Below are positions 19,807 to 30,109 of a stretch of 64,000 bases of DNA, piece after piece. The stretch is from Alphaproteobacteria bacterium. Lineage in GTDB: Bacteria > Pseudomonadota > Alphaproteobacteria > GCA-2731375. How positions within the stretch are numbered: position 1 is the first letter of the stretch; every line of letters starts with the position of its first letter. The notes under the pieces are model-generated. The model worked only from the letters and a program-made list of their open reading frames with translations. It did not search any database and was not told where the DNA came from. Position numbers and translations under genes: made by a program. The stretch spans positions 2,272,001 to 2,336,000 of the forward strand of contig CBDDPY010000002.1 of assembly GCA_965232515.1 (NCBI GenBank). The letters are read 5' to 3'.

Positions 19807-20706
19807 ATGCGGGTTGACGATATCTTGGCGTGCGCGCCGCGGGTGCTGACCCAGGCGCAGCGGGAGTCCTATTTCGCGAACGGCTATCTGCTGCTGGAGA
19901 GCTTCATCCCGGCCGACTGGCTCGACCGCTTGCGGGCCCAGACGGCACGCTTCGTCGAGTTGAGCCGTGATGTCCCCGCCTCGGACGATTGCTTCGACCT
20001 GGCGCCGTCGCATGCGGCCGCGGCGCCGCGGATGCGGCGGCTGAAGAACCCGGACGACCGCGATCCGGAGTTCTGGGCCTTCGCCAACGACCGCATCGCC
20101 GACGCGGTCGCGGATCTCGTCGGACCGGACGTGCTGTTCCACCATTCCAAGCTGAACTTCAAATGGAACGACGGCGCGGACGACGTGAAGTGGCACCAGG
20201 ATGCCGGCTTCTATCCGCACACCAATTACAGCGCGCTGGCCGTCGGTACCTATCTGCAGGACACGGCCATGGCCGACGGGCCGCTGGCGGTGATTCCCGG
20301 CAGCCATAACGGCCCGCTCTACGAGCAGTACGACGACCAGGACCAGTGGACCGGCTGCCTGTCCGATGCCGACGTCGCCGGGCTCGATCAGAGCAAGACC
20401 GTTTATCTCGAGGGGCCGGCCGGTTCGATCACCGTTCACAACTGCCGCACCGTGCACGGCTCGCCGGCCAGCACGGCGGACGACGGCCGGCCGCTCTTGC
20501 TGAACGGCTATACCTCGGCCGACGCCTTTCCCTACATGCCGAACCCGTCGGGTTCCAGTCATGCCCGCACTGTCGTGCGCGGCAAGCCGTCGCGCTGGGC
20601 CGAGCACGACCCGCGGCCCGGCCTCATTCCGCCCGACTGGTCTGGCGGCTATACCTCGATCTTCGCCGCCCAGTCCGGCGAGGACGCCCAACAGGCCGCC
20701 GAATAG
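19807..20706 (+). CDS. Phytanoyl-CoA dioxygenase (PhyH) family Fe/2OG dioxygenase
   Basis: KLNFK, WHQD (HxD), IPGSH and VHGS. Confidence 0.85.
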   Translation: MRVDDILACAPRVLTQAQRESYFANGYLLLESFIPADWLDRLRAQTARFVELSRDVPASDDCFDLAPSHAAAAPRMRRLKNPDDRDPEFWAFANDRIADAVADLVGPDVLFHHSKLNFKWNDGADDVKWHQDAGFYPHTNYSALAVGTYLQDTAMADGPLAVIPGSHNGPLYEQYDDQDQWTGCLSDADVAGLDQSKTVYLEGPAGSITVHNCRTVHGSPASTADDGRPLLLNGYTSADAFPYMPNPSGSSHARTVVRGKPSRWAEHDPRPGLIPPDWSGGYTSIFAAQSGEDAQQAAE

Positions 20707-20746
20707 GCGCGCCCCGGTTTCACACTTCTACAGACGGTAGCTTGTT

Positions 20747-21898
20747 ATGACCCAGTCCGGCCCGCTCAGCGGGATCACCGTGATCGACCTGACCCGCGTG
20801 CTGGCGGGCCCCTATTGTACGCTGCAGCTGTCGGAGCTCGGCGCCCGCGTGATCAAGGTGGAGACGCCGGGCCGCGGTGACGACGCCCGGCACTACGGGC
20901 CGTTCGTCAACGGCAAGTCGGCCTACTTCATCTCGATCAATCGCGGCAAAGAGAGCATCGCGCTAAACCTCAAGGAAGACGGCGATCGCGCGGTGTTCGA
21001 GAAGCTGCTGGAGACGGCCGACGTCATCGTCGAGAACTTCCGGCCCGGCACCATGGAAAAGCTGGGCTATGGATGGGAGACGCTGCACGAACGCTATCCG
21101 CGGCTGATCTATGCCGCGGCGTCCGGCTACGGCCATACCGGGCCGCACGCGCAGCGGCCGTCCTACGACATGGTGGTGCAGGCCATGGGCGGCATCATGA
21201 GCATCACCGGCCAGCCCGACGCCCCGCCCACGCGGGTCGGCATGTCGATCGGCGATATCGCGGCCGGCCTGTTCACGGCGGTCGGCGTCAACGCGGCGCT
21301 CTACGACCGGGCCATGACCGGCGAAGCGCGCAAGATCGACATCGGCATGCTGGACTGCCAGATGAGCCTGGTGGAGAACGCGATCGTGCGTTATTCGGCC
21401 ACCGGCCAGATCCCCGGCCCACTCGGCGCCAAGCACCCGTCGATCACGCCGTTCCAGGTGTTCTCGACCCGCGACAGCTACCTGATCATCGCCGCCGGCA
21501 ACGACAATCTTTACCGGCAGATGTGCCAGGTGCTGGACCGCATGGACCTGGCGGAAGACCCGAAATACGCGACCAACGACCTGCGGAACCAGAACGCGGC
21601 CGAGTTGGAGGCGCAGATCGAGTCCGTCCTGAAGACCAGGGACACGGCCGATTGGCTGACCGTCTTTGACGATGCCGGCGTGCCGGCCAGCGCCATCAAC
21701 AACGTCGCCCAGGTCATGGCCCATCCGCAGGCCGGCCCCCGCAACATGATCGTGGACGTCGACGATCCGACGGCCGGCAAGCTGAAGGTCGCCGGCAACC
21801 CGATCAAGGTCTCGGGCTACGCCGATCCCAATACGCGCGACACGGCGCCGGACCTCGATGCCGACCGCGATAAGATCCTGAAGCAGCTGGAACGCTGA
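20747..21898 (+). CDS. CaiB/BaiF family III CoA-transferase
   Basis: DLTRVLAGPYC, NRGKESI, ENFRPG and SIGDIAAG. Confidence 0.92.
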   Translation: MTQSGPLSGITVIDLTRVLAGPYCTLQLSELGARVIKVETPGRGDDARHYGPFVNGKSAYFISINRGKESIALNLKEDGDRAVFEKLLETADVIVENFRPGTMEKLGYGWETLHERYPRLIYAAASGYGHTGPHAQRPSYDMVVQAMGGIMSITGQPDAPPTRVGMSIGDIAAGLFTAVGVNAALYDRAMTGEARKIDIGMLDCQMSLVENAIVRYSATGQIPGPLGAKHPSITPFQVFSTRDSYLIIAAGNDNLYRQMCQVLDRMDLAEDPKYATNDLRNQNAAELEAQIESVLKTRDTADWLTVFDDAGVPASAINNVAQVMAHPQAGPRNMIVDVDDPTAGKLKVAGNPIKVSGYADPNTRDTAPDLDADRDKILKQLER

Positions 21899-21921
21899 TC
21901 CGTAGCCGACCGCCGGCGGAA

Positions 21922-22797
21922 TCAGAATTGTTCGATTAAGTGCAAGGTCTTTTGCTTGACCGGGTTCTTGTAGAGGTTGGCTTCCTTGGAGCGCAGGAAC
22001 GTCGCGAGATAGAGAAGGAACAGGTTGCGGAAGGTCGCGACCTCAAGCTGATAAGCCTGACAAAAGCGTTCGACGACGTGGCGCACCGGCGAGCTTTCGC
22101 CGTCGTCGAAGAACCGCGCAACCCGCGCCGGCTCGAAGGCGAGCGACGAAGCGATCAGCATGCAGAGATCGAGGCCCGGCAGGCGTTCCTTGCCGAATTC
22201 CTCCCAATCGAAGATCACCAGCCCGTCAGCGCCCAGGCCGAGATTGTTGAGCGTAAAGTCGCCGTGTTGTTTGATCTGCGGCAGCCGGTTCAACGAGTCG
22301 AGATCGATCGACTCCCGCCAGTTCTGCAGCTTCCCGCCGACCCCGTTACGGGCAAATTCGCCCAGCACCTCATTGGCGCAATCGCCATGAGTCCGGCCCG
22401 TGTCGGGCAGCCGGAAAGCTTTGTCCGCCGTATCGAAATAGGCGTTCAGGTCATCGGCAACGCCCGGATGCGGTTGATGGAAAAGGTCCGTCGAGGCACG
22501 TCGATGTTGAATGCCGCCGGTCACCAGCAGATTGATCTCCTTGAGCTGCTTGTAGGCCAGCGGCTTGCCGAGGCGTTCCGGCAGTACGGCATAGGCTTCG
22601 ATCAGCGCATCATGTTCGTGCGCCAGTGACTTGTCATCGGCCTCGGCGAGCTTGACATGAAAAAAGTCGCCGCCGCCGACAAACACCTCGATGTTCGGCT
22701 TTCGCAGCAGATGGATATTGTACGGCGGATAGGGCGGTCCGGCCCCATTGGCGAGCAGTCCCAAATCGCTCAGCGTTTCGAAGACCGCACCGATCAT
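21922..22797 (-). CDS. Aminoglycoside-phosphotransferase/kinase-like protein
   Basis: Catalytic loop QHGDFTLNNL, IFDWE and PGLDL; ATG 22797 overlaps the stop of the upstream gene (ATGA). Confidence 0.75.
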   Translation of the reverse strand: MIGAVFETLSDLGLLANGAGPPYPPYNIHLLRKPNIEVFVGGGDFFHVKLAEADDKSLAHEHDALIEAYAVLPERLGKPLAYKQLKEINLLVTGGIQHRRASTDLFHQPHPGVADDLNAYFDTADKAFRLPDTGRTHGDCANEVLGEFARNGVGGKLQNWRESIDLDSLNRLPQIKQHGDFTLNNLGLGADGLVIFDWEEFGKERLPGLDLCMLIASSLAFEPARVARFFDDGESSPVRHVVERFCQAYQLEVATFRNLFLLYLATFLRSKEANLYKNPVKQKTLHLIEQF

Positions 22798-23558
22798 TTC
22801 TGCGCCACGATCAGGTAGCAGCGTTCGACATAGGGGAACGCGTTCAGATGCAGCAGCAGCAGCCGAAACAGATATCTCGGATAGGAGAGGTTTGCGCGCC
22901 TGACCTCGATGACGTTCCTGAAATAGGCCGCTGACGCTTCCCGCCGTGCCGAGACGACATGCTGTGGATGCAGGTAATCGGGGATCACGTTGAAAACCTG
23001 AACATTCCGATAGCCGGCCCGCCGCAGGCTTCGAACGTAACCCCAGTAGGTCAACGGGCTGCGAAGATCCGACGCCCGTTCCTCGGATGCGCCGGACGTC
23101 CGGAAGCAACGCGCCAACCAACGCGCGACCAATGCCCGCATGAAACGCGGATGCAAGAGGTTGAACCCGGAAACCGCGATCATGCCGCCAGGGCGAAGCG
23201 CGCGGTACGCGGTCGTCAACAACTCGCTCCGACCCAGGCCGGCCTCGACGGCCGCCGGGTTCGGCGCCCGATCGAGCGCGCCATGCAGGACGACAAGGTC
23301 GAATGCCGACGCCGGGATTTCCGGCGGCATCGGCGTGTCAGCGCCTTGGCCGGGGACCTCGGGCGTCGGCGGCGGCCCGGCCGACGTCGTACCGCACTGA
23401 TTTAGATCGCAAACGACAAGGGAGCCACAAGACTTCGCCGCCATTTCGGGTGCGCGCGCCCGACCGTAGCGCAGTTCCAGGATGTCGGCGTCCAGCGATA
23501 GTGGCGGAATGGCGTAAGTCAGCCACGCTAGATCGTGAGCGAAATGCATCTGGCCCAA
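22794..23558 (-). CDS. Class I SAM-dependent methyltransferase-like protein (degenerate motif I)
   Basis: FDLVVLHGALD and AYRALRPGGMIAV are post-motif-I features; motif I region ILELRYG is atypical. Confidence 0.6.
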   Translation of the reverse strand: MGQMHFAHDLAWLTYAIPPLSLDADILELRYGRARAPEMAAKSCGSLVVCDLNQCGTTSAGPPPTPEVPGQGADTPMPPEIPASAFDLVVLHGALDRAPNPAAVEAGLGRSELLTTAYRALRPGGMIAVSGFNLLHPRFMRALVARWLARCFRTSGASEERASDLRSPLTYWGYVRSLRRAGYRNVQVFNVIPDYLHPQHVVSARREASAAYFRNVIEVRRANLSYPRYLFRLLLLHLNAFPYVERCYLIVAQK

Positions 23559-23695
23559 TTGCGCCTGTCAGCATGAGTGGCAGCCGTCGATCGATCGCAT
23601 CGAGGCACACAAGGCGCACGAGGCGGCAATCCCCACGACACAATTCAGCAAAATAGGTGAAAAAAAAGTTTCAACAAGCCCGAGGTAGACTTGCG

Positions 23696-24424
23696 CTATG
23701 GGGTAGGAGTCTGGACTTTTCGGGCGACGAGCACGGCATCGGGACAAATCGGCGCCATCATTCCAAGCCGGGAGATCGGTTCGAGCAAGCGGCTGATGCC
23801 GGAATTCAATATCTCGTGGGAATTGAATCCGTATCGCAACAGCCACCAGCCGATGCCGTAGGCCCGCTCAAGCCGGAAGCCCGCCCGGTGAAGCAGGCGC
23901 CGCAGCTTCCAATAGGTCAGGTCCATCGAATCGCTGCCGCCCGTGAGGCGGTTCAGGACCGCCTGAATGGCTGCCGGATTCCTGTGATTGTTGATGACCA
24001 ACAGCCCGCCGGAAGCGAGATGGCGGTTTAGCGCGGCAAGCACATTCGCGCGCAATTCGTCCTGAGCATTACCGAAGAACCGAAATGCCGTAATCAGATC
24101 GACCGCCGGGATGTCCAGCCGCTCCTTTGTCAGGTCAGTCAGGAAAAAAGTCGTTTTCGCGCACTTGCCGCGAGCCTGCTCGACCATGTTTTCCGATACG
24201 TCGACGCCATAGGACAGGTCCGCCAGGTTTTCGAACCGACTGAGAATGCGGCCGGTTCCACAGGCGAAATCGAGATAGCGCGGCACCTTGCCTTGGAAGT
24301 AGGTCTGAAAAATGTTCTGCAGAATGTCACCCTCGAGCCGCGTCATATAGGCGCTGAACGGATCCGCCGCGAGGTTTTCGTCATAATCTGCCCCCTTCTG
24401 CAGATGGCTCTGTCGATAATCCAT
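23696..24424 (-). CDS. Class I SAM-dependent methyltransferase
   Basis: YLDFACGTGRI, GVDVSENM, DLITAFRFF and LASGGLLV. Confidence 0.85.
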   Translation of the reverse strand: MDYRQSHLQKGADYDENLAADPFSAYMTRLEGDILQNIFQTYFQGKVPRYLDFACGTGRILSRFENLADLSYGVDVSENMVEQARGKCAKTTFFLTDLTKERLDIPAVDLITAFRFFGNAQDELRANVLAALNRHLASGGLLVINNHRNPAAIQAVLNRLTGGSDSMDLTYWKLRRLLHRAGFRLERAYGIGWWLLRYGFNSHEILNSGISRLLEPISRLGMMAPICPDAVLVARKVQTPTP

Positions 24425-24661
24425 GGGATGCCCTACCATCGGTGAACTGCCTTTTGAGGCCGAGGGTCTGCCTCGACATTCGAATCGGTCGCGATCGCGA
24501 CACTCCCAATAGCCGCCTCGGGGGCCAAGGCGCAACACGGAGAACGTCACCATCAGATCGCCAGGGTCGGAGCCAGACCGCTTGGCCGTGCGAATTTCGG
24601 TCGGAAGGTCTTGCGGAAGCCTTAACGCGCCGGTCCGCCGGCGGCGGTGCGGCTATCGTCG

Positions 24662-25657
24662 TCAGGCGGCGTGTATCGAGAAGACGGCATTCATGCCGTA
24701 GGTTTCGAGATTAAGGTCCCAGCACAGCGCCTTCCGACTGGCATCGAAGCAGGAAATGCGCGTCGGCATGGTCAGGTAGCTCTCGCCGTAGCGGGCGATC
24801 GATTTCAAGCGATCCTTCACCCACTGTATGTTGTCGTGGAGTTTGGTCTGCCGGATTCGGGAGAAGCCGACGACGATCCGGTCGTCGTCGAGCGGCCGAA
24901 TCCCGCGACACCAACCCAGCGCCTGATCGGAACCGACGATATCGTTGGCGGCGAGCAGCATCTCTCGCGCGCCGGTGGCGGCATTGGCCTTGACCACGCA
25001 GCCCTCGATCGTCGTGAAGTAGACCGACTCGTCCACCACGAGGCCGTCATGGGGATTGCCGATCCCGACCTCGATCCGACGATCCGGTTTGGTAAGACAG
25101 ACGGCATCACGCTGCCAATGCCGGGTTACCCAAACATCGTCGCCGGTTCTGAAGACGAAATTCGGGTGTGACTTGTGAGGCTTCGTGGTCGCCACCTTTC
25201 GGTAGTCCACGCTTGGCGAAAACCGGGACCAGGTGTCCTCGCCCAGCACATCCCACTGTCGCAACAGCTCGCCGTCGGAACTGACTTCCGCGACCATATC
25301 GAGGCCGGTGACCGCGACCAGGTAGCCGCCTTCCGACGTCGGCAGGACATGATGAACGTCGTTGAAAAACGGCAGTGACAAATAGTTCACTAGTCTGAAG
25401 TCAGTTAAACGGTAGCTCAGAATTTCCGTTTGCGTGCAGACATGGAGCCGGCCGTCGGCCAGAGTGCCCGACTTGAACGTTATTGATGGCTCGTCATCCG
25501 GACAGGCGTCGGGCGGGGAAACATATTCAGCAACACATTCCGCCGATCCCGCATCGAGATCGACCCGGAGGACAAGCCCCCTTTCATAGCCGTGCCACTC
25601 ATCCAGCTCGCGCCGGTTCCTTTTGGCGCGCCCGCCAACCACATACAACTGTGTCAT
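24662..25657 (-). CDS. Hypothetical beta-propeller protein
   Basis: Repeating beta-strand pattern; NDVHHV, SHPNFV, PHDG and GWCRGI. His-rich motifs suggest possible metal binding. Confidence 0.6.
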   Translation of the reverse strand: MTQLYVVGGRAKRNRRELDEWHGYERGLVLRVDLDAGSAECVAEYVSPPDACPDDEPSITFKSGTLADGRLHVCTQTEILSYRLTDFRLVNYLSLPFFNDVHHVLPTSEGGYLVAVTGLDMVAEVSSDGELLRQWDVLGEDTWSRFSPSVDYRKVATTKPHKSHPNFVFRTGDDVWVTRHWQRDAVCLTKPDRRIEVGIGNPHDGLVVDESVYFTTIEGCVVKANAATGAREMLLAANDIVGSDQALGWCRGIRPLDDDRIVVGFSRIRQTKLHDNIQWVKDRLKSIARYGESYLTMPTRISCFDASRKALCWDLNLETYGMNAVFSIHAA

Positions 25658-26107
25658 CTCGCCGAATTCTGTAAGTCAGCTCGCCGCACTGAATGAGCGA
25701 CAACGACAATGCCCAACGCCCCGTCAAACCGGCGATCAACGTCACCCATTCGCACACACACCAAACCGCCGGGCCACCGTCGTGGCCACAAATACGCCCA
25801 GCCAACCGCAGACGACGAGCGCCAGGTTGCCAGGGTCCGACAATGCTAAGACGCGTTCCGTCTCAGTTTTATGACGGTACAAAGACAGAGCGATTACATG
25901 CCGCCGGCCGGTTCGAGGCCTACCGCGCTCGGCGCGAATCCTAAGCGGTCACCGGGCCAATCCCGGCGTGCTTCGGCACCCTTCCGCAGCGTGTGATGGC
26001 GGTCACTTGCGACCGATATAGGCATGGCTACCTAATGAGCACGCGACGCACCGCGGCGGAGAAGAAAACCCGAGAACAAAGGGCGTTGCACGGAGACCGC
26101 CAAACCA

Positions 26108-26569
26108 ATGCTGCCATTTTCATCCGACATCGGGCACGCCCACGTGGCCTGTCCGGAAATCGATGCTGCGGCGCTTTACGCCCGGGGCATGGCGTTGACG
26201 GCCGCCGGCGATGGGCCGGCCGCGATCCTCTGGTTGCGCCTGGCGGCCGAATTCAACCACGCCCCTGCCCAATTCGACCTGGGCCTGCACTATGCCAGCG
26301 GCGAGGAGCGCGACAACAGAACTGCGTTCATGTGGATCCGACGCGCCGCCGAACTCGGCCATGCACGGGCTCAATATTGGCTCGCGCGCTGCTATTTCCT
26401 CGGTATGGGTACGGAACGATCCTACGGCCTGGCCTATCGTTGGAGCGTCGCCGCGTGCGCACAGGGATTTCCCGACACCGGTCAAATCCGTGCAGCCGCC
26501 GCCGTACATCTGAGCGAAGCGGAACGCCGGCAGTATGATGCCGCCGTTATCGTTTTTTCCCGTGATTAA
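26108..26569 (+). CDS. Sel1-like repeat protein
   Basis: AAEFNHAPAQFDLGLHY, AAELGHARAQYWLARCY..G.G and AAQG-like repeats. Confidence 0.8.
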   Translation: MLPFSSDIGHAHVACPEIDAAALYARGMALTAAGDGPAAILWLRLAAEFNHAPAQFDLGLHYASGEERDNRTAFMWIRRAAELGHARAQYWLARCYFLGMGTERSYGLAYRWSVAACAQGFPDTGQIRAAAAVHLSEAERRQYDAAVIVFSRD

Positions 26570-26651
26570 TTTTCGTGGCTAAATTTCGGAAGAATTCCGT
26601 TTCTACCGAAACTAATTCTGATTTCTGATTAATTTCAGGTATTTTTCCGAA

Positions 26652-27350
26652 CTAAACGTTACCTGACAGGATTCGCTCAAGCTTGTCGATGACCGGCCGA
26701 CGCAGCGCCCGCTTGGTGTCGCGATAGGCCGCCCGATCGAACCCCGCCAGACGCCGCGCCGCCGCCATCGCCGCTGCCTCGATCTCGTCAGAAGACACGA
26801 CGGTATCCAGGAACCCCGCCGCCGATGCCGATGCCGGATCGAACATTTCGGCCGTCAGCGTCGCGCGCGCAAGATGGGTCGGCGCCAATCTCGGCCGCGC
26901 CAGTTCGATGGCGAGGTCGGGCAGCGCCATGCCGGCCGCAACCTCGTTGAAGCCGATCTTGAAGTCGCCGTCGACGCCCAGGCGCTGATCCGCTGCCAAC
27001 AGCAGCATCGCGCCCGCCGCGACGGCATGTCCCGTGCAGGCGACGACGACAGGCAGATCGGCCTTGCAGACCCGCAGCAGCAGACGTCCGGCAGCTTGCC
27101 GCATCTCCGCCGCCGGCGCGCCGCCGGCCTCCAGAACACGCAGATCGATGCCGCCGGTCAGGATTCCCGTCCGTCCCCGCAGCAGAATCGCCGCGACCGG
27201 GCCGGAGACGCTGCCGAACCGCGCCAGCAGATCGTCGAGCTCGCTCAGCACCGCCGTCGTCAGGACATTGGCCTTGCCGTCATCGAGCGAGATTTCGGCG
27301 ATCCCATCCCGTACCTCGACATGTACCGGCGGCGTTGCTGCATTGGTCAT
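26652..27350 (-). CDS. Enoyl-CoA hydratase/crotonase family protein
   Basis: LDDGKANVL, GGIDL, TGHAVAAGA and IGFNEV..GM.LP. Confidence 0.9.
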   Translation of the reverse strand: MTNAATPPVHVEVRDGIAEISLDDGKANVLTTAVLSELDDLLARFGSVSGPVAAILLRGRTGILTGGIDLRVLEAGGAPAAEMRQAAGRLLLRVCKADLPVVVACTGHAVAAGAMLLLAADQRLGVDGDFKIGFNEVAAGMALPDLAIELARPRLAPTHLARATLTAEMFDPASASAAGFLDTVVSSDEIEAAAMAAARRLAGFDRAAYRDTKRALRRPVIDKLERILSGNV

Positions 27351-27443
27351 ATCCGCCCCCTCAATCCAGCTCGAACTGACATCGCGCGCGGTCAGCTGGC
27401 GCCGCCAGCTAACATGTTGTGCCGCCGTCCGGCAATGCCAGGG

Positions 27444-29018
27444 TCAATCGGGGTCCCAGATGCCGATGTGGATGCCCCGCCGCCGGTGGGAGTTGGTCCG
27501 GGGCTCAACCGCCTCGTCTGGCATGGCCGGGCGGTGTTTGAGGCCCTGATGCCAATCCAGTAAGCGCAGCCGCATCTCGGTGCGAACGGCTTCGTGGCCG
27601 GGGTCGGAGCCGAGATCGTCGAACTCGCCGGGATCGTTTGCCAGGTCGAAGAGCTGTTCGGGAAAGCCGTCCCAGCGGATGTACTTCCAGCGTTCTGTGC
27701 GCAGCATCCAGGCGCGGCAGTCGCGCGGCCCGCGGCGGAGCCGGCGCCGGGCTTCGCGGAAGGAATAGTCGAGTTCGCAGACCACGGCGTCGCGCCAGCC
27801 TTCGTCGCCGGTCTCCCGCGTCGCGGCCAGCAGCGACCGGCCTTCGATCAGATGCGCCCGCGGCGGCGCGCCCACCGCGTCGAGGAATGTGGGCACCAGA
27901 TCGATGCTTTCGACCAGCCGCGGATCGTGCATCCCGCGCGTGCCGTCCGCGGCCGGATCGGGATCGTAGACGATCATCGGAATACGCACCGCTTCCTCGA
28001 ACATGATCTCCTTCTCGCCGAGCCAGTGGTCGCCCAGGAAATCACCGTGGTCCGAGGTGAAGGCGATCAGCGTGTCGTCCATGCGGCCGCTCTGTTCGAG
28101 GAAGTCGAACAGCCGGCCCAGATTGTCGTCGATCTCCCTGACCAGCCCCATATAGACCGGCCGCACCCGGTTCAGCACCTCGTCGCGGGCGAAGCTGCGG
28201 CATTCGTCGTGGTCGTAATAGGCGCGCAGGACGGGATGCGCCCTGCCCTTCTCGTCGTCGCGGCGATTGAGCGGCTGGCACTGGTTGGGCCCGTACATGT
28301 CGTTGTAGGGCGCCGGCGCGAGGTAGGGCCAGTGCGGTTTGATGAAGCTCAAATGCAGCAGCCATGGGGCCGCGCCCTGCGCGTCGATGAACTGCATGGC
28401 CCGATCGGTCATGTAGGCGGTTTCGGAGTGCGCCGCGGCGACGCGGGCCGGCAGGTGCGCGTTCCGCATCCACCAGCCGCTGACCTGACAGCTGTCGGCC
28501 TCCGCGGCGTTGGCGTAATCCTCCCACGGATTTTCGCCCTCGCCATAGCCGTGCGCGCGCAGATACCGGTTGTAGTGGCTGTCCGGCGGCGGCGCGACAT
28601 GACCCTCGTGCCGGTCGTAGGGTTCGAAGCCGGCATTGGCCAGCAAGCGACCGGTCTCGCCCGCCGGATCGATGCCGAGGCGCGCCATGCCGTCGACATC
28701 GGGCAGCGCGTGGGTCTTGCCCGCAAGCGCCACCCGCAAGCCGGCGGCGCGCAGGTATTCGCCCAGCGTCGGCTCGCCAACCGGCAACGGCACGGCGTTC
28801 CAGGTCGCGCCGTGGCTGGAGACGTAGCGGCCGGTATAGAACGACATACGCGAGGGGCCGCACACCGCCGACTGGCAGAAGGCGTTGGGGAAAACCACGC
28901 CCCTGGCGGCCAGCCGGTCGATGTTCGGCGTCTCGAGATGCGGATGGCCCATGCACGACAGATAGTCGAAGCGCAACTGGTCGCACATGATGAACAGAAC
29001 GTTGCGGACAGGGGCCAT
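27444..29018 (-). CDS. Sulfatase-like hydrolase, phosphonate monoester hydrolase (PMH/PehA)-like
   Basis: NVLFIMCDQLR, formylglycine motif CGPSR, GKTH, KPHWP and SDHGD.LGDHWLGEK. Confidence 0.85.
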   Translation of the reverse strand: MAPVRNVLFIMCDQLRFDYLSCMGHPHLETPNIDRLAARGVVFPNAFCQSAVCGPSRMSFYTGRYVSSHGATWNAVPLPVGEPTLGEYLRAAGLRVALAGKTHALPDVDGMARLGIDPAGETGRLLANAGFEPYDRHEGHVAPPPDSHYNRYLRAHGYGEGENPWEDYANAAEADSCQVSGWWMRNAHLPARVAAAHSETAYMTDRAMQFIDAQGAAPWLLHLSFIKPHWPYLAPAPYNDMYGPNQCQPLNRRDDEKGRAHPVLRAYYDHDECRSFARDEVLNRVRPVYMGLVREIDDNLGRLFDFLEQSGRMDDTLIAFTSDHGDFLGDHWLGEKEIMFEEAVRIPMIVYDPDPAADGTRGMHDPRLVESIDLVPTFLDAVGAPPRAHLIEGRSLLAATRETGDEGWRDAVVCELDYSFREARRRLRRGPRDCRAWMLRTERWKYIRWDGFPEQLFDLANDPGEFDDLGSDPGHEAVRTEMRLRLLDWHQGLKHRPAMPDEAVEPRTNSHRRRGIHIGIWDPD

Positions 29019-29051
29019 CGGCTTACTCCTCGGTACCGGGTGTCAAACCGC

Positions 29052-30080
29052 CTACTTCGCGACCAGCCGCTCGGGCACGGTCAGGCCGGCCTCGCGGTAA
29101 TAGCGCAGGGCGCCCGGATGCAGCGGGATATTGGCCTCGTCCAGCGCCTTCTCGAACGCGATCTCCCGCATCCACGGTGCGGTGTCCTGCATCTCCTCGG
29201 CCCCTTCCCAGAACGCCTTGGTCATGTTGTAGATCACGTCGTCGGGCATGTCGGCGCGGGTGGCGATGCCGACAATGGCGCCGATGGTGACGGCCGGGCG
29301 GTCGTTGACCTGGTTCTTGCCGTAGATACCGGCCGGAATTTCGCCGAGCAGGCCGCCGGGCCGCTTGATCAGCTTTTGCACCGGCTCGCTGGCGAGCGCG
29401 GCCTCCGACAGCGACAGAAAGCGGATCTTGTTGGTCAGCGCCACCTGCTGGATCACCGGGCTCGGCGGGTTGGTCGGGTTGATGTAGACGTCGATGCGCC
29501 GGTCCTGGAAGGCGGCGCCGGCCGCGTCCCAGCCGAGCTTGACCGACTCGAAGTCTTTGCCGGGCTCGTAGCCGGTCGCGCCCTTCACCAACTGCGTCGC
29601 CACGCGCAGGGCGGCGCCGCCGGGCGGGCCCAGGAAGACCTTCTTGCCCTTGATGTCTTCCAGCGTCTCGATGCCGGAATCGGCATAGACCGTGACGTGG
29701 TAGAGGCCGATCGGAAACATCATGATCGAGCGGAGCTTTGTGGCCAGCTCCGGCGCCGCGTCGACCTTCTTGAACATGGCCTGCTGCTTCTGCATGAAGA
29801 TCTGAATGATCGGCGCGGTCATGAACAGGTCGATCTCGCCGCGCGCGGTCTCCATGGCGTGCCGGGTGGCGACGCCGGTAGCATTCACCTGGATCTCGTA
29901 GTCCGGCAGCTTCTTGTTGATGATGTTGGCGAACGTCGTCATCACCAGGTAGGGCGAGCTGCCTGGCCCCAGCGTCGACATCTTGTAGAAATCCTTGGCC
30001 GACGCACCGGCGGCGAACACCGTCGCCGCGAGGGCGGCGGCCGCCAAGGCGGTCAGCGTCCGTTTGCAGGTTTCGATCAT
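29052..30080 (-). CDS. TAXI-family TRAP transporter solute-binding subunit
   Basis: C-terminal part of ORF 29052..32102; signal peptide from ATG 30080, LEDIKGKKVFLGPPGG and IPLHPGALRYYRE. Confidence 0.9.
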   Translation of the reverse strand: MIETCKRTLTALAAAALAATVFAAGASAKDFYKMSTLGPGSSPYLVMTTFANIINKKLPDYEIQVNATGVATRHAMETARGEIDLFMTAPIIQIFMQKQQAMFKKVDAAPELATKLRSIMMFPIGLYHVTVYADSGIETLEDIKGKKVFLGPPGGAALRVATQLVKGATGYEPGKDFESVKLGWDAAGAAFQDRRIDVYINPTNPPSPVIQQVALTNKIRFLSLSEAALASEPVQKLIKRPGGLLGEIPAGIYGKNQVNDRPAVTIGAIVGIATRADMPDDVIYNMTKAFWEGAEEMQDTAPWMREIAFEKALDEANIPLHPGALRYYREAGLTVPERLVAK

Positions 30081-30109
30081 CGGGGTTCCTCCCTTCGTTC
30101 GTTCAAGGT

